From NCBI RefSeq assembly GCF_009914755.1, contig NC_060948.1: 64,000 bases of DNA. One strand, 5' to 3'. Position 1 is the first letter of the stretch. Every line of letters begins with the position of its first letter. Of this stretch, positions 1-10,819 are shown piece after piece. Origin of the DNA: the human T2T-CHM13v2.0 reference genome, Homo sapiens. The translations under genes were made by a program, and so were the position numbers. The notes under the pieces are model-generated. The model made no database searches and was not told where the DNA came from. It saw only the letters and a program-made list of their open reading frames with translations.

Positions 1-578
1 TGATAGTGAGCCTCCTCTAATCTCCCCCACCCAGAAGAAAACAAGGAAATAAATCTCGAAGGGAAAACAAAACCCTCCTGTCTATCAGTTATGTCCCCTT
101 CACACTGTAGGGGGAGGGTAATTTTACCCAAACCAGGTACATGTCCTCTTCTCCATCTCTGATTTAAAGCAGATCAGGGTAGACCTGGAGAAGTTTTCAG
201 ATGATCCAGATATGTATATAGATGTCCTACAGGGTCTAGGGCAAACATTCATCCTCACTTGGAGAGATGTCATCCTATCATTATATCAAACCCCGGCCTT
301 TAAGTAAAAGAATGTGGCTTTAGCTGCAGCCTGAGACTGGAGATACCTGGTATCTTAGTCAAATAAGTGATAGAATGACAGCTGAAGAGAGGGACAAGTT
401 CCCTTCCAGTCAGCAAGCCATCCCCAATATGGTTCCCCACTGGGACCTAGACTCATATCATGGGGAATGGAGTTGCAAACATCTGTTGACCTGTGTTCTA
501 GAACTTACATAATTATTCAATTATGTCCACCATAACTCAGGGAAAGAAAGAAAATCCTACTGCCTTCCTTGAGCACCT
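1..578 (+). mobile_element. ERV9/HERV-W-group (HERV9-like) gag remnant, degraded
   Basis: 182-277 translates DLEKFSDDPDMYIDVLQGLGQTFILTWRDVIL. 523-579 translates MSTITQGKKENPTAFLEHL, a capsid major-homology-region motif. The nucleotide sequence resembles remembered HERV9 internal consensus; stops and indels are present. Confidence 0.8.
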
Positions 579-1039
579 CTGATATCTCCTGGTGCTATCC
601 CCAAACCACCACTCTTGAAGTAAATAAATAATCTTTGCTGGCAGGGCTATACTGAACCCCCTTGGGCACTCTCTAATTGGCTGTCCTGGGTCCTCCCAAT
701 TCTTTGTCATTTAATATTTGTTTTTCTCCTTCTCTTCATTCAGACCTTGTGTCTTCCATTTAGTTTCTCAATTCATAGAAAACCACATCTAGGCCATCAG
801 CAATCACTCTACATGACAAATGCTCCTTTTAGCAACCCCACAATATCACCCTTTACCACAAAATCTTCCATCAGCTTAATCTCTCCCACTCTAAGATCCC
901 ACATCGCCCCAATCCCACTCAAAGCAGCCCTGAGAGACACTGCCCATTATCTCTCCATACAACTCCCAGAAATTTTCACTGCCCCAACACTTTACCACTA
1001 TTTCATTTTATTTTTCTTATTAATATAAGAAGACAGGAA
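579..1039 (+). mobile_element. HERV-H internal 3' end (env TM/cytoplasmic-tail remnant plus polypurine tract)
   Basis: From 654 it translates EPPWALSNWLSWVLPIL, matching the HERV-H Env C-terminus. It ends in the PPT aagaagacaggaa (1027-1039) directly before LTR7. Confidence 0.9.
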
Positions 1040-1490
1040 TGTCAGGCCTCTGAGCCATGCTAAGCCATCATATACCCTGTGACCTACACATATACATCCA
1101 GATGGCCTGAAGTAACTGAAGAATCACAAAAGAAGTGAAAATTTCCTGTTCCTGCCTTAACTGATGACATTCCACCACAAAAGAAGTGAAAATGGCCTGT
1201 TCCTGCCTTGACTGATGACATTACCTTGTGAAATTACTTCTCCTGGCTCATCCTGGCTCAAAAGCACCCCCACTGAGCACCTTGTGAACCCCACCCCTGC
1301 CTGTCAGAGAACAACCCCCTTTGACTGTAATTTTCCATTACCTACCCAAATACTATGAAACGGCCCCATCCCTATCTCCCTTCACTGACTGTCTTTCTGG
1401 ACTCAGCCCACCTGCACCCAGGTGAAATACACAGCCTTGTTGCTCACACAAAGCCTAGTTGGTGGTTTCTTTACATGGACACCAGTGAAA
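1040..1490 (+). mobile_element. LTR7 (HERV-H 3' LTR)
   Basis: Starts TGTCAGGCCTCTGAGCC, has the duplicated U3 block cacaaaagaagtgaaaat...ctgatgacatt, and ends GCTCACACAAAGCC...TGAAA. Confidence 0.95.
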
Positions 1491-1619
1491 GTTAGGAAAA
1501 TGGGTTATTCATTCTTTCATTCATTTGTACAAATGTCAGGTCTGGCTATGCTTAGCTACTCAGGGGATATCAGAGGCAACTGGGTCCTCTAGGGATTTTT
1601 AGCAATATCTGGACATTTT

Positions 1620-2586
1620 TGAAAGGGAGGCCTGCCCCTCCACACCTGTGGGCATTTCTCATCAGGTGGGATGAGAGACTGAGAAAAGAAAGAGACACAG
1701 AGACAAAGAATAGAGAAAGAAAAGCAGGCCCAGGGGACTGGTGCTCAACATACAGAGGACCAACGCCATCACAGGACTCTGAGTTCCCTCAGTATTTATT
1801 AATCATTATCTCTACCATCTCAGAGAAGGTGATGTGTCAGGATAACAGGGTAATTGTAGGGAAAGGTTCAGCATGAAAACATGTGAACAAATGTCTCTGT
1901 GTCATAAACAATGTTAGAAAAAGTGCTGTGCTTTGATGTGCACATACATAAACATCTCTGGTGCATTAAAGAGCAGTATTGCCTCCAGCATGTCTCACCT
2001 CCAGCCTTAAGGCAGTTTTCTCCTATCTCAGTAGATGGAACATACAATCAGGTTTTACACCGAGACATTCCATTGCCCAGGGTCAAGCAGGAGACAGATG
2101 CCTTCTTCTTATCTCAATTGCAAAGATGCCTTCTTATTTTACGAATCCTCCTCAGCACAGACCATTTACGGGTGTTGGGCTGGGGGATGGTCAGGTCTTT
2201 CCCCTTCCATCAGGGTATATCTCAGGCTATCACACAGGGAAAAGCTTGGACAATACCTGGCTTTCCTAGGCAGAGGTCCCTGTGGCTCTCTGCAGTGTAT
2301 TGTGTCCCTGGGTACTTGAGATTAGAGAGTGGTGATGACTTTTAACAAGCATACTGCCTTTAAGCACTTGCTTAACAAAGCACATCCTGCAGAGCCCTAA
2401 ATCCATTAAATCTTGAGTCAACACAGCACATGTCTCTGTGAGCACAGTGTTGGGGGTAGGGTTACAGATTAACAACATCTCAAGGCAGAAGAATTTTTCT
2501 TAGTACAGAACAAAATGGAGTATCTTATGTCTACTTCTTTCTACATAGACACAGTAACAGTCTGATCTCTCTTTCTTTTCCCCACA
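1620..2586 (-). mobile_element. Solo LTR5 (HERV-K HML-2, LTR5B-like)
   Basis: The minus strand begins TGTGGGGAAAAGAAAGAGAGATCAGACTGTTACTGTGTCTATGTAGAAAG and ends ...CCCTTTCA. Length is ~970 bp, with ATTTT on both sides (1615-1619, 2587-2591). Confidence 0.95.
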
Positions 2587-2710
2587 ATTTTTCACTTGTC
2601 CTCACTGGGAGGTTGTTACTGGCATCTAGCAAGCAGAGGCCCAGTGATACTGCAGGACACAGGACAGCTTCCCATCATAAGAAATATCTCCTCCCAAATG
2701 TTAATAGTGG

Positions 2711-3346
2711 TGTTACCAGGAAGGGGTCCCTAAACAGACCCCAAGTGTAGGTTCTTGGATCTTGCACAAAAAAGAATATGAAGTGACCCCATAGAGTAAA
2801 GTGAAAGCAAGTTTATTAAGAAAGTAAAGGAATGAAGAATGGCTACTCCATATGTAGAACAGTGGCTTGAGCTGCTCAACCAAGGATACTTATTGTTATT
2901 TCTTGATTACATGTCAAACAAGGGGTGGATTATTCATGAGTTTTCCAGGAAAGGGGTGGGCTATTCCCAGAACTGAGCGTTCCTCCCTTTTTTAGACCAT
3001 ATACGGGGATTTCCAGATGTTGCCATGACATTTGCAAACTCTCATGGTGCAAGTGGGCCTGTCTTTTAGCCTGCTAATGCATTATAATTAGCACATAATG
3101 AGCAGTGAGGATAACCAGAGGTCATTATGGTCACCATCTTTGTTTTGGTGGGTTTTGGCAGGCTTCTTTAGTGCAAAGTGTTTTATCAGCAAGGTCGTTT
3201 ATGACCTGTGTCTTGTGCTGACCTCTTATCTCATCCTGTGACTTAGAATGCCTAACCTCCTGGGAATGAGTTTGGCAGGTCTCAGCCTTATTTTACCCAG
3301 TCCCTCTTCAACATGTGGAGTTGCCCTGGTTGAAACGCCTCTGACA
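2711..3346 (-). mobile_element. Solo MER41B-like LTR (ERV1)
   Basis: The minus strand begins TGTCAGAGGCGTTTCAACCAGGGCAACTCC...GGGTAAAATAAGGCTGAGACC and ends ...GGTAACA. 4-bp TSD GTGG (2707-2710, 3347-3350). Confidence 0.9.
2943..2972. promoter_or_regulatory. Tandem GAS (STAT1-type) motifs within MER41B
   Basis: TTCCAGGAA (2943-2951) and TTCCCAGAA (2964-2972) both fit TTCNNNGAA. Activity cannot be shown from sequence. Confidence 0.55.
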
Positions 3347-4589
3347 GTGGGATGGTTGAGAAATTCAGGGATAGCACAAGGGTGAGGCAGCAATCTCAGC
3401 ATGTGGAAAATATTTTATCAGATGCCTTTGTAATGTCCAAAGTCACTCCATTGTAATGTCAAACTCGCTGCAAAATATGCATTATCTAAATTTCTCTTAT
3501 TTAGATAGTTATATCTCTCTATTTCTCTCTAATTCTATATTTTAAAGTCATATATATATTGACCAATATACTTTTTGGCTGATCATTGGAAAGGCAATTG
3601 GAGAAGCTGTCCTTGACAGTCCTGTTGAAATCCTCCACAGATGCCATCTCCATGCAAATTCTGTACAAGGCACAGTTGTAAAGTTTGGCTATATATTATT
3701 GTTTTGAAGGGACAATTTTCCCTCCTAAATCCCTAGTCTCAAAGCCTGACTCCACTTTTTTTTTGCCATCTACCCTGCCAAGAAGCTTGTCAAAGCCTGA
3801 GGGCATCATTGCTCTTCCCCCATTTCTAGCAGATGGCCATGTTGTGAGACATTTAATCCACTGACTGATTCAGTTATAGTTATAGCAGTGGCTTCTGTAG
3901 ATCAGCCTCAAATAACAGTAGCTCAAAGAATACAAATGGCATCAGAAAAATACAAGTAACTGCAGAAATTACAGGGATTTATGTCCACACTCTTTGTTCA
4001 GTGAATGTTTTTGTCTGGATATGACTGAAAAGGGAGCTTTGTTAATGACTGATCTTAGAAATCAGGTTTCTTCCACACTGTGGTTCTCCCAACTCCAACG
4101 TGAGACATCTAAGGCCAAGTTGGGCATTTTTTTTTTATTGCAGCCAGCAAGGAACAGAAAAGAGCATGAAGGTTTGCACGTTGTAAGTAGCACACAGCAC
4201 ACAGCAGCACCACCCAACCCCACTGGTGAGAACTGGGCTCCACAAAGACCTCTGGCATATGGGAGGCTTGGAAGTGTATGTAGCCCTCTGTGCCTGGGAT
4301 GAAGAAGACATAGGTTTGCTGAGCCAGCCTCTGATCTGCAAGGTGCTTCATCATTTCTTCACCATGTGACCTCTGCAAGTGACTTAAGCTGTCTGGCCCT
4401 CAGGATGCTCTTCCACATTCATTATTCTCATGACCTGCATGAGCGTAACTGCCAGGTCGTGTCTGGCTCCAGATCCTACAATTATTTTTGTCTTCACTTC
4501 ATCCAGGCCCTTTACAGTCAACCAAGGACCATGGAGAGTTCCTTTGGCTGATTTCTGTTTCTCACGATCTGACTGTGTTCAGTAACTAC

Positions 4590-5161
4590 ATGAGGATGCT
4601 TTAGAGAAATATAGTCAACAGGATAAACATCCTATTGATAGATATGCCTATTTATCTATAAATTAAATATGAATAATATAGATATAAATAGATGGATACA
4701 TATATAGGTGGATACAGAAATAGATATAAATACAGAGAGAGGAGATTTTTTTATGGGAATTGGCTCATGCTATGGCAAGATACGGAGACCTAGCAAAACT
4801 CTTTGTGTGATGTAATCCAAGACTGAAGTCTAGAAAACCATAAGAGCTGATGGTGTAAGTCCTGGAACACCAAAACCTGGGAAACAGGGCCTTGATTTTG
4901 CAGGGCAGGAAAAGGTGAATGTCTCAGCTCAAAAATAAAGATAATGCACCCTTCCTCTCTCTGCCTTTTTGTTTTCATCAGGCATCAAAAGATAAGACAG
5001 TGCCAGCCGCATTTTTGAGAGATCTTCTTTACTCAATCCACTGATTCAAATGCTAATCTCTTCTGGAAACACTCTGGCAGACATACTCAGAAATAATGAT
5101 TTATCAGCTGTCTGGTCTTCCTTTAGCTCTGTCATATTGACACATACAATTAATCATCACA
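4590..5161 (-). mobile_element. MLT2B-like LTR (ERVL)
   Basis: The minus strand begins TGTGATGATTAATTGTATGTGTCAATATGAC...GTGTTTCCAGAAGAGATTAGCATTTGAATCAGTGGATTGAGTAAAGAAGATC. Confidence 0.8.
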
Positions 5162-6278
5162 GTACAGTTTCTAATACTTCTTTTTATTCTTCCAGCTATT
5201 TCTGAGGGCACAAATAATGAGCAAAGCAACTCTTTGGAAACTTGCCACAGTTTCCAACTATGTCAGCCAATTATAAAGCCACCAATCAGGGAGAGTCAGC
5301 ACTATAATTCCCAGGTGTTGGGTCCCCATTCCCACCACTGGAAGCCACCAATAGAGCAGTTGATGGAAAGTGGACTCAGGGACATCTACTGGAGTGACAT
5401 ATGACTGGGACCAATTCAGTTGAGGATGCATCATGTAGGTTTGTAGTAACTAAAACAGGCCTATATATGTAAGATGAGGGAAGCATCTTCTTTCTACCCA
5501 AATTCTCTCTTGCTTCTGAAAAAGCAGAGCTAGTTGAACCACATGAGACCTGGTTTGTCACCTCATTCTTACATAAATTTTTCTAATTAATTATTACATT
5601 TTAATGAGAAGAAGGCCTCTAAGACAATGCCCTAAGAGTAACATGGGACATTAATCTTTATTATTCTTTTGGCTCAATTTGACCAAAATCCTTTTGTGTA
5701 TCTAACATATTCTTATGGTTTCTTGGTTACAAATACTCTCTTTCTCTCTCTGACTACCTTGAATTTTGTCTTTTTTTTTTTCTGGCCTATACAACTGCCA
5801 CTGAATATATTGATGCATTAAGCATAATAAATGTATAAATAACTGATACCATCTTCTATTCCAAAGTCACTTTTCTGCCTTTTATATATATTTCCAAATT
5901 TGTTGTTTCTATCTGTATAACAAAATGCACCTGTACATTTTCCAACATATTTCTGAATTAGTACTAGGCAGCATGGCTTCTTTAAGGCAAATAGACAAAT
6001 TTAAAATTATATTTTAGAAAATACTTCATGTTCTCTTCCTTTGTGTAAACCACCTGACTTGAACCTGCTTTAATTCCTCTCTGCTTTGCATCTCTTCCTT
6101 GGTATTCCTCCATATCATAATTAACCTGTTGACCTGTCACTCGACTGTAGAAAATCTTGTTAACACATTTGTGTGTGCTTTTATCACCTTTCACCTCTCA
6201 ATGCACACACTCTGCTGAACTGAGATTGTGTTCTGGTCTCACAGAAAGACAGTTTTCACATAACTCTGTGTTAATATT

Positions 6279-6589
6279 GTGGGGTTTTGCTGTTTTCTTG
6301 TGTCTGTTTTTGAGACAGAGTCTTGCTCTGTTACCCATGCTGCAGTGCAGTGGTGTCATCTTGGCTCACTTCAACCTCTGCCTCCTGCAAACAATTCTCC
6401 TGCCACAGCCTCCCAAGTAGCTGGGATTACAGGTAAACACCAACATGCCCAGCTAATTGGTGTGTTTTTAGTAGGGATGGGTTTTCACCATGTTGGCCAG
6501 GCTGGTCTTTAACACCTGGCTTCAAGTGATCCACCTGCGTTGGCCTCCCAAAGTGCTGAGATTGAAAGCATGAGCCACTGTGCCCAACC
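6279..6589 (-). mobile_element. Alu (AluS/J-like) inserted in the DNAJC14-like relic
   Basis: Antisense Alu dimer with TSD ctctgtgttaatatt (6264-6278, 6593-6607). Confidence 0.93.
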
Positions 6590-7166
6590 CAGCTCTGTGT
6601 TAATATTTTCACTGACACGATGACGTCCCCATTTCATTCTGTCCCCTCAGATGCTACACAACTCTCAGGTTCAAGGTATTTTAACAACTGAGATTCATCC
6701 ATTACTTTAGCATGGGCTGTATATTTTTTCAGTAAGTGTAAAGTTGGTTGGATTGTCTATTCGTAGGGAGCATTGTAACTATAATTCAACACAAGAGATG
6801 TTATACCCCTAGTCAGAATTATCCTTCAAAATCCATGTATACCCTGGCTTCAGGAAGCTCAATAGCCATTGAAAGTCACAGAGAAGTTCAATCCTCTGCA
6901 ATTCCAGAGAACTTCAGTAGAGATGCACAGGACTTGCACTAGTCAAGGCAATAGTGAATTAATTATGGTCTTATATGTTCTGTGTCCTGAATAAAAGAAA
7001 TTAAAACCTGCTGAGATAGTCACTAACTTCCTTGCTTTGAAGCTGGTCGTGTAAGTAAAAAGGCTCCAGTCACAACATTAACACAAATTATTGCAAAAAA
7101 CCACATATGTACACTTGAGGAAAATGTACATATAACACAATCATGGTAGACTTGGAAATGTGCATA

Positions 7167-7483
7167 ATTTATTTTATTTTATTTTTATTTTATTTTATTT
7201 TTTGAGACTGAGTCTCATTCTGTCACCCAGGGTGGCATGCAGTCATGCAATCTTGGTTCATGCCACCTCTGACTCCCAGGTTCCAGCAATTCTCCTGCCT
7301 CAGTCTCCAAAGTAGCCAGGACTATATGTGTACACCACCACAACAGGCATATTTTTGTATTTTTAGTAGAGACAGGGTTTCCCCATGTTGACCAGGCTTG
7401 TTTTGAACTCCTGACCTCAAGAAATCTGCCTGCCTTGGCCTCCTAGACTGCTGGGATTACAGAACTGATTCACTGCACCCAGC
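7167..7483 (-). mobile_element. Alu (AluS-like, diverged)
   Basis: (TTTTA)n tail followed by an antisense Alu body; no evident TSD. Confidence 0.92.
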
Positions 7484-9532
7484 TATCTGGATTAGATTCT
7501 TCATCCTCTGCTGTATCCTAAAATGTTGGTCCTCTTCCTTGTTCTGTAGCAGGCTCCCTTCACAATCTGCATACCTCCCCCACCCAAAGGAATTTCAAGT
7601 TCCAGTGGCTCCAAAATGTCCCCATTTCTATCCCAAATCTTATTCCTGAAGTATAGGCCTACATATTCTGTCACCTGGAGATCTTCACTGTCCTTTTTAC
7701 AATCTGTTCTCCAATCCAATTTCTCATTCACAAGCAGCCTCTGAATCCTAAATGGCAGCTTATACAAATCCAGAAAATTGCATGTCTATGAATGCCTCAC
7801 AACCAGATAGCACAGAATTTCAGACACGGGTAAGGCACACAGTTCCATCAGGCTGGAGGCTAATACAGAAAAATGCCAGAAATGGAATAAGAAAGTGTCC
7901 AGAATGAATAAAAGTGATACACTCGAGTTGTGCTGATTCCAGGTAACAGACAGATTAAGAGACTGAAAAAGCACACCTGAACCATTTCAAATACACTACA
8001 CTCATGAAAGCTGTTAGTAAGCCAGTTCTTTGCACATCAGTGCTTCCTAACTCCACAGCAACCAAGAAGAATTTGAGCTTGCTACTCCTATATCCATCTC
8101 TATAAGAATAGTGTAAGCCATTCTTTAAACATTTAAACCAGGCAGCCCCATCATTCTTATTCATAAATGTTCTGTCTTAGCCCATGCCCAAAGCGTGCCA
8201 GTTTCATCAATATTCACTTTCAACTGAGGCAGGTGAGGCCTCTTCAAGTGGTTTCCCTGTGGGAATTTCTGTAGAGTTCTTCTCAATATCTGTGGCATCA
8301 GAATGGTGCTTTGGAACTTTCCATTTGTTACTCTGGGAGGCTTTGGACAATCCTCTTCTCTTGACAGTCTGTGGCATCAACAGAACATAGACAAAACTGA
8401 GGCTTGATAAACTGGAGTCTTTTCTTAAACAGACCTGGAGCTAGCAGCCATCCAACATGAACACAGATCTGGTGTTATACTGGAAGGGAATTTAACAAAT
8501 CTTCAATGATTTTTTCCTTCACTCTTTCTGATTTGTTGATTCCACAAGCTCAGCACTTTTTGCTTCCTATACCATTCTCTCTTATTCCCTAAGGGTTATT
8601 CTGTCTTTCAATTTATTGTATAAGCCATAGTACATTCATCATTTTCTGACCCCTTGGGGTTCATTACCTACTTTTACTTCCATTGCAACCAGAACCTTCT
8701 TTGACTCTCATTTTCAACACTCTTGACATCTTTTTCTGCTTCCCAGACATAAGCAAGTTAGTTTTGTTCTGTATCATCTCAAAGGAACTCTGAGACAGGG
8801 GTCTCAAACTCAAGAGTCGTTGGTTCCCAGAAAGGAAAATTGATGTGAAAAGCAAGATGGGTGGCGAAAACCCACAACAGAACAAGCACAGAGATGAGTA
8901 CCCCACAACTGGGCAGCAGGGAGAGAACAAGAAGGGTGAGCTAGTGGAAGTTGCCCACTGGTTTCTAAGGCAATATGTTCTTGGAATGTTATAATATTAT
9001 TTTTAACAAAAGTGTAGACATGGAGCATGAAAATGAACTAAGAGTGTAAAAGGAAGCTAGATGAAACCTTTATCAAAGACCCAGAAATGCATGTACCAAA
9101 CTAACTGAAATAAAACCAAACCAAAAAAATAATATCAAATGAAACACACTGTGTTCGAATTATAAAATTTGAGGATTGTGAAACAAAATGACTTAGTTTC
9201 ATTTTGTCATGAAATTCACTTTTCCCTGCCAAATGTATACTTTGTGTTCTGTGGTATTTAGGTAATTTTCAATATTTATTTATTATTTATTAAATTTCAC
9301 TGGTCTCTCTGATGAACTTTCGGACATTACTACTTTTTGAGATGCATTTTTGAATTTTGAAATTTCTTTATAAATATGTAGGGGCACCCCAGTTTTGATG
9401 ATGTGTGTACTAGTGGTATAGATCTTTGCTTTAATGGTTATAATAGCAATTTTATCTGTTCACTTAGTTATGACTAAACACTGGGCAATTAGTTCTCAGT
9501 AACCTGTCTCAAACGTGTCATTATACAAGGCA

Positions 9533-9680
9533 GCTGGGTGTGGTAGGGCTCACCTGTAGTCCCAGTGCTTCATAGGAGGCTGACATGGAAGGATCAAACA
9601 GAGAAATGAATACCCAGAAGTTTGAGACCAGGCTGGGCAACACAGTGAGACCTCAACTCATAAAAAAAAATAAATAAAAA
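9533..9680 (+). mobile_element. Alu monomer (FLAM/FAM-like)
   Basis: gctgggtgtggtag...cacctgtagtcccag...gagaccaggctgggcaacacagtgagacc followed by an A-tail. Confidence 0.8.
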
Positions 9681-10460
9681 TTACATATACAAAGATATGA
9701 ATAGGTGTTTGGCTATCAGAAGGCACCATTTGGGAGCCAGCTGTACCACTCCTTCATGGGTAACCTTGATTAAGTCCACTTGAAACACTTACTGTGTGGT
9801 TATTATACAAGGCTGCCTGCTAAATAGCCTGCCATAATCAGCTTATTTAATTATCTTATACGTTGGGGGTGGCAAAACTGTATTTTCTATTTTTTCTCAC
9901 TGAAGAAACAAAGACTCAGATGGATTAACTGAGTCACCTACACAGAGTACTTGGTACTGCTGGAATTACCTGTGAAGTCATGCTCTCAAATACACCCATA
10001 AGCTGCCTAATGTTTTTTAGCTTATTCCGTCGTCTTCCTTGTGAAACAAAAATCCACCTTCTTTCACATCATTTTTGGAATTAATACTTATTAAATTGTG
10101 CTGAAGCTCAAACTATTCTGACAGTAGGAAGCATCATATTTATTATTTCAAACTAACAGGCAAAGATTTCACCTGCATGTGAAGACACAGTTTCACCAAA
10201 GAGCCCAGATAAGACTTCTTTTCAGGGCCCTCTTCCTGGTTGATAATCTCACCCAGCAAAACCAAATGCAATGCTGACAAAACTTGACAACTGAACCGAG
10301 AGAATTTGGGGATGTGCATAATCCCATTAATTAGAGCTGCTTGGTGTGGAGTGATGTTTGTAAAAGCATTCTATTGGAACAATAGTTTCTCAAAATCATT
10401 TGAATACAAAGGATCTATGGCCAAAGAAGCTTAGAAAACATTGCATATAAAAATGGCTTC

Positions 10461-10742
10461 AATTTGGCACAGTGGCTCACATCTGTAATCCCAGCATTGG
10501 TAGGCCAAGGCAGGCAGATCACTTGAGATCGGGAGTTCAAATCGTCTGGCCAACATGGTGAAACCCTGTCTCACTAAAAACACAAAAATTAGCCAAGTCT
10601 TTATGGTGTGTGCCTGTAATCCCAACTACTTGGGAGGCTGAGGAAAGAGAATTATTGCAACTTTTGGGGCAGAGGTTGCAGTGAGATGAGATCAGGCCAC
10701 TGCACTCCAGCCTGAGTGACAGAGTGAAACTCTTTCTCAAAA
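10461..10742 (+). mobile_element. Alu (AluS-like)
   Basis: Full dimer with a short A-tail; imperfect TSD aaaaatggcttc/aaaaatagtttc. Confidence 0.92.
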
Positions 10743-10819
10743 AATAGTTTCTTGTAGATTAATAACACACAAGATGATGCAAAGTTCTAAGGTTGAAAAC
10801 ATAGGTGTTTATATTTTTG

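Larger units (their letters stand above)
1565..3365 (+). mobile_element. MER20 (hAT-Charlie) split into three pieces (~1565-1619, 2587-2710, 3347-3365) by LTR5 and MER41B insertions
   Basis: The pieces agcaatatctggacatttt / tactggcatctag...agaggcc...cacaggacagc...aaatgttaatagt / ggttgagaaa follow MER20 consensus order. Confidence 0.75.
5980..8830 (-). pseudogene. Highly decayed DNAJC14 (Jiv)-like pseudogene: N-terminal/TM region, J-domain and Jiv90-like domain
   Basis: Collinear minus-strand motifs against remembered human DNAJC14: KFPSS (8493-8479)/KFPSD; CHRLSREED/RHRFPTKED; MFKEW/LFRVW; QAQIL/WAQVM; LMELCAL/LKLLGAL; NEKLDWR (7728-7708)/GDRLGWR; HYC..ASLLKFSGIAED (~6956-6891)/RYC..ARLLTMAGVPED; NEMGTSSCQ*KY/NTMMCSRCQGKH; AECVH*EVKGD/AECNRLHPAEEGD; KIFYSRVTGQQVNYDMEEY..QRGIKAGSSQVVY/KITYFALMDGKVYDITEW..QRVGISPDTHRVPY. 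It has many stops and frameshifts and two Alu insertions. The ends are approximate. Confidence 0.7.

Noticed and set aside
1619-2478. Several overlapping 70-144 aa ORFs
   Set aside because: They lie entirely within the LTR5 solo LTR and have no recognisable protein content.
3572-3660. Minus-strand exon-like 89 nt (ICMEMASVEDFNRTVKDSFSNCLSND) as a last exon of the DNAJC14-like relic
   Set aside because: It is bounded by AG and GT, but the similarity is short, fits two different DNAJC14 segments equally weakly, and the donor is poor.
7484-7520. AEDEESNP resembling DNAJC14 PEDELNP
   Set aside because: The better, collinear match is GIAED at 6905-6891; this one lies in the putative intron and is probably chance.
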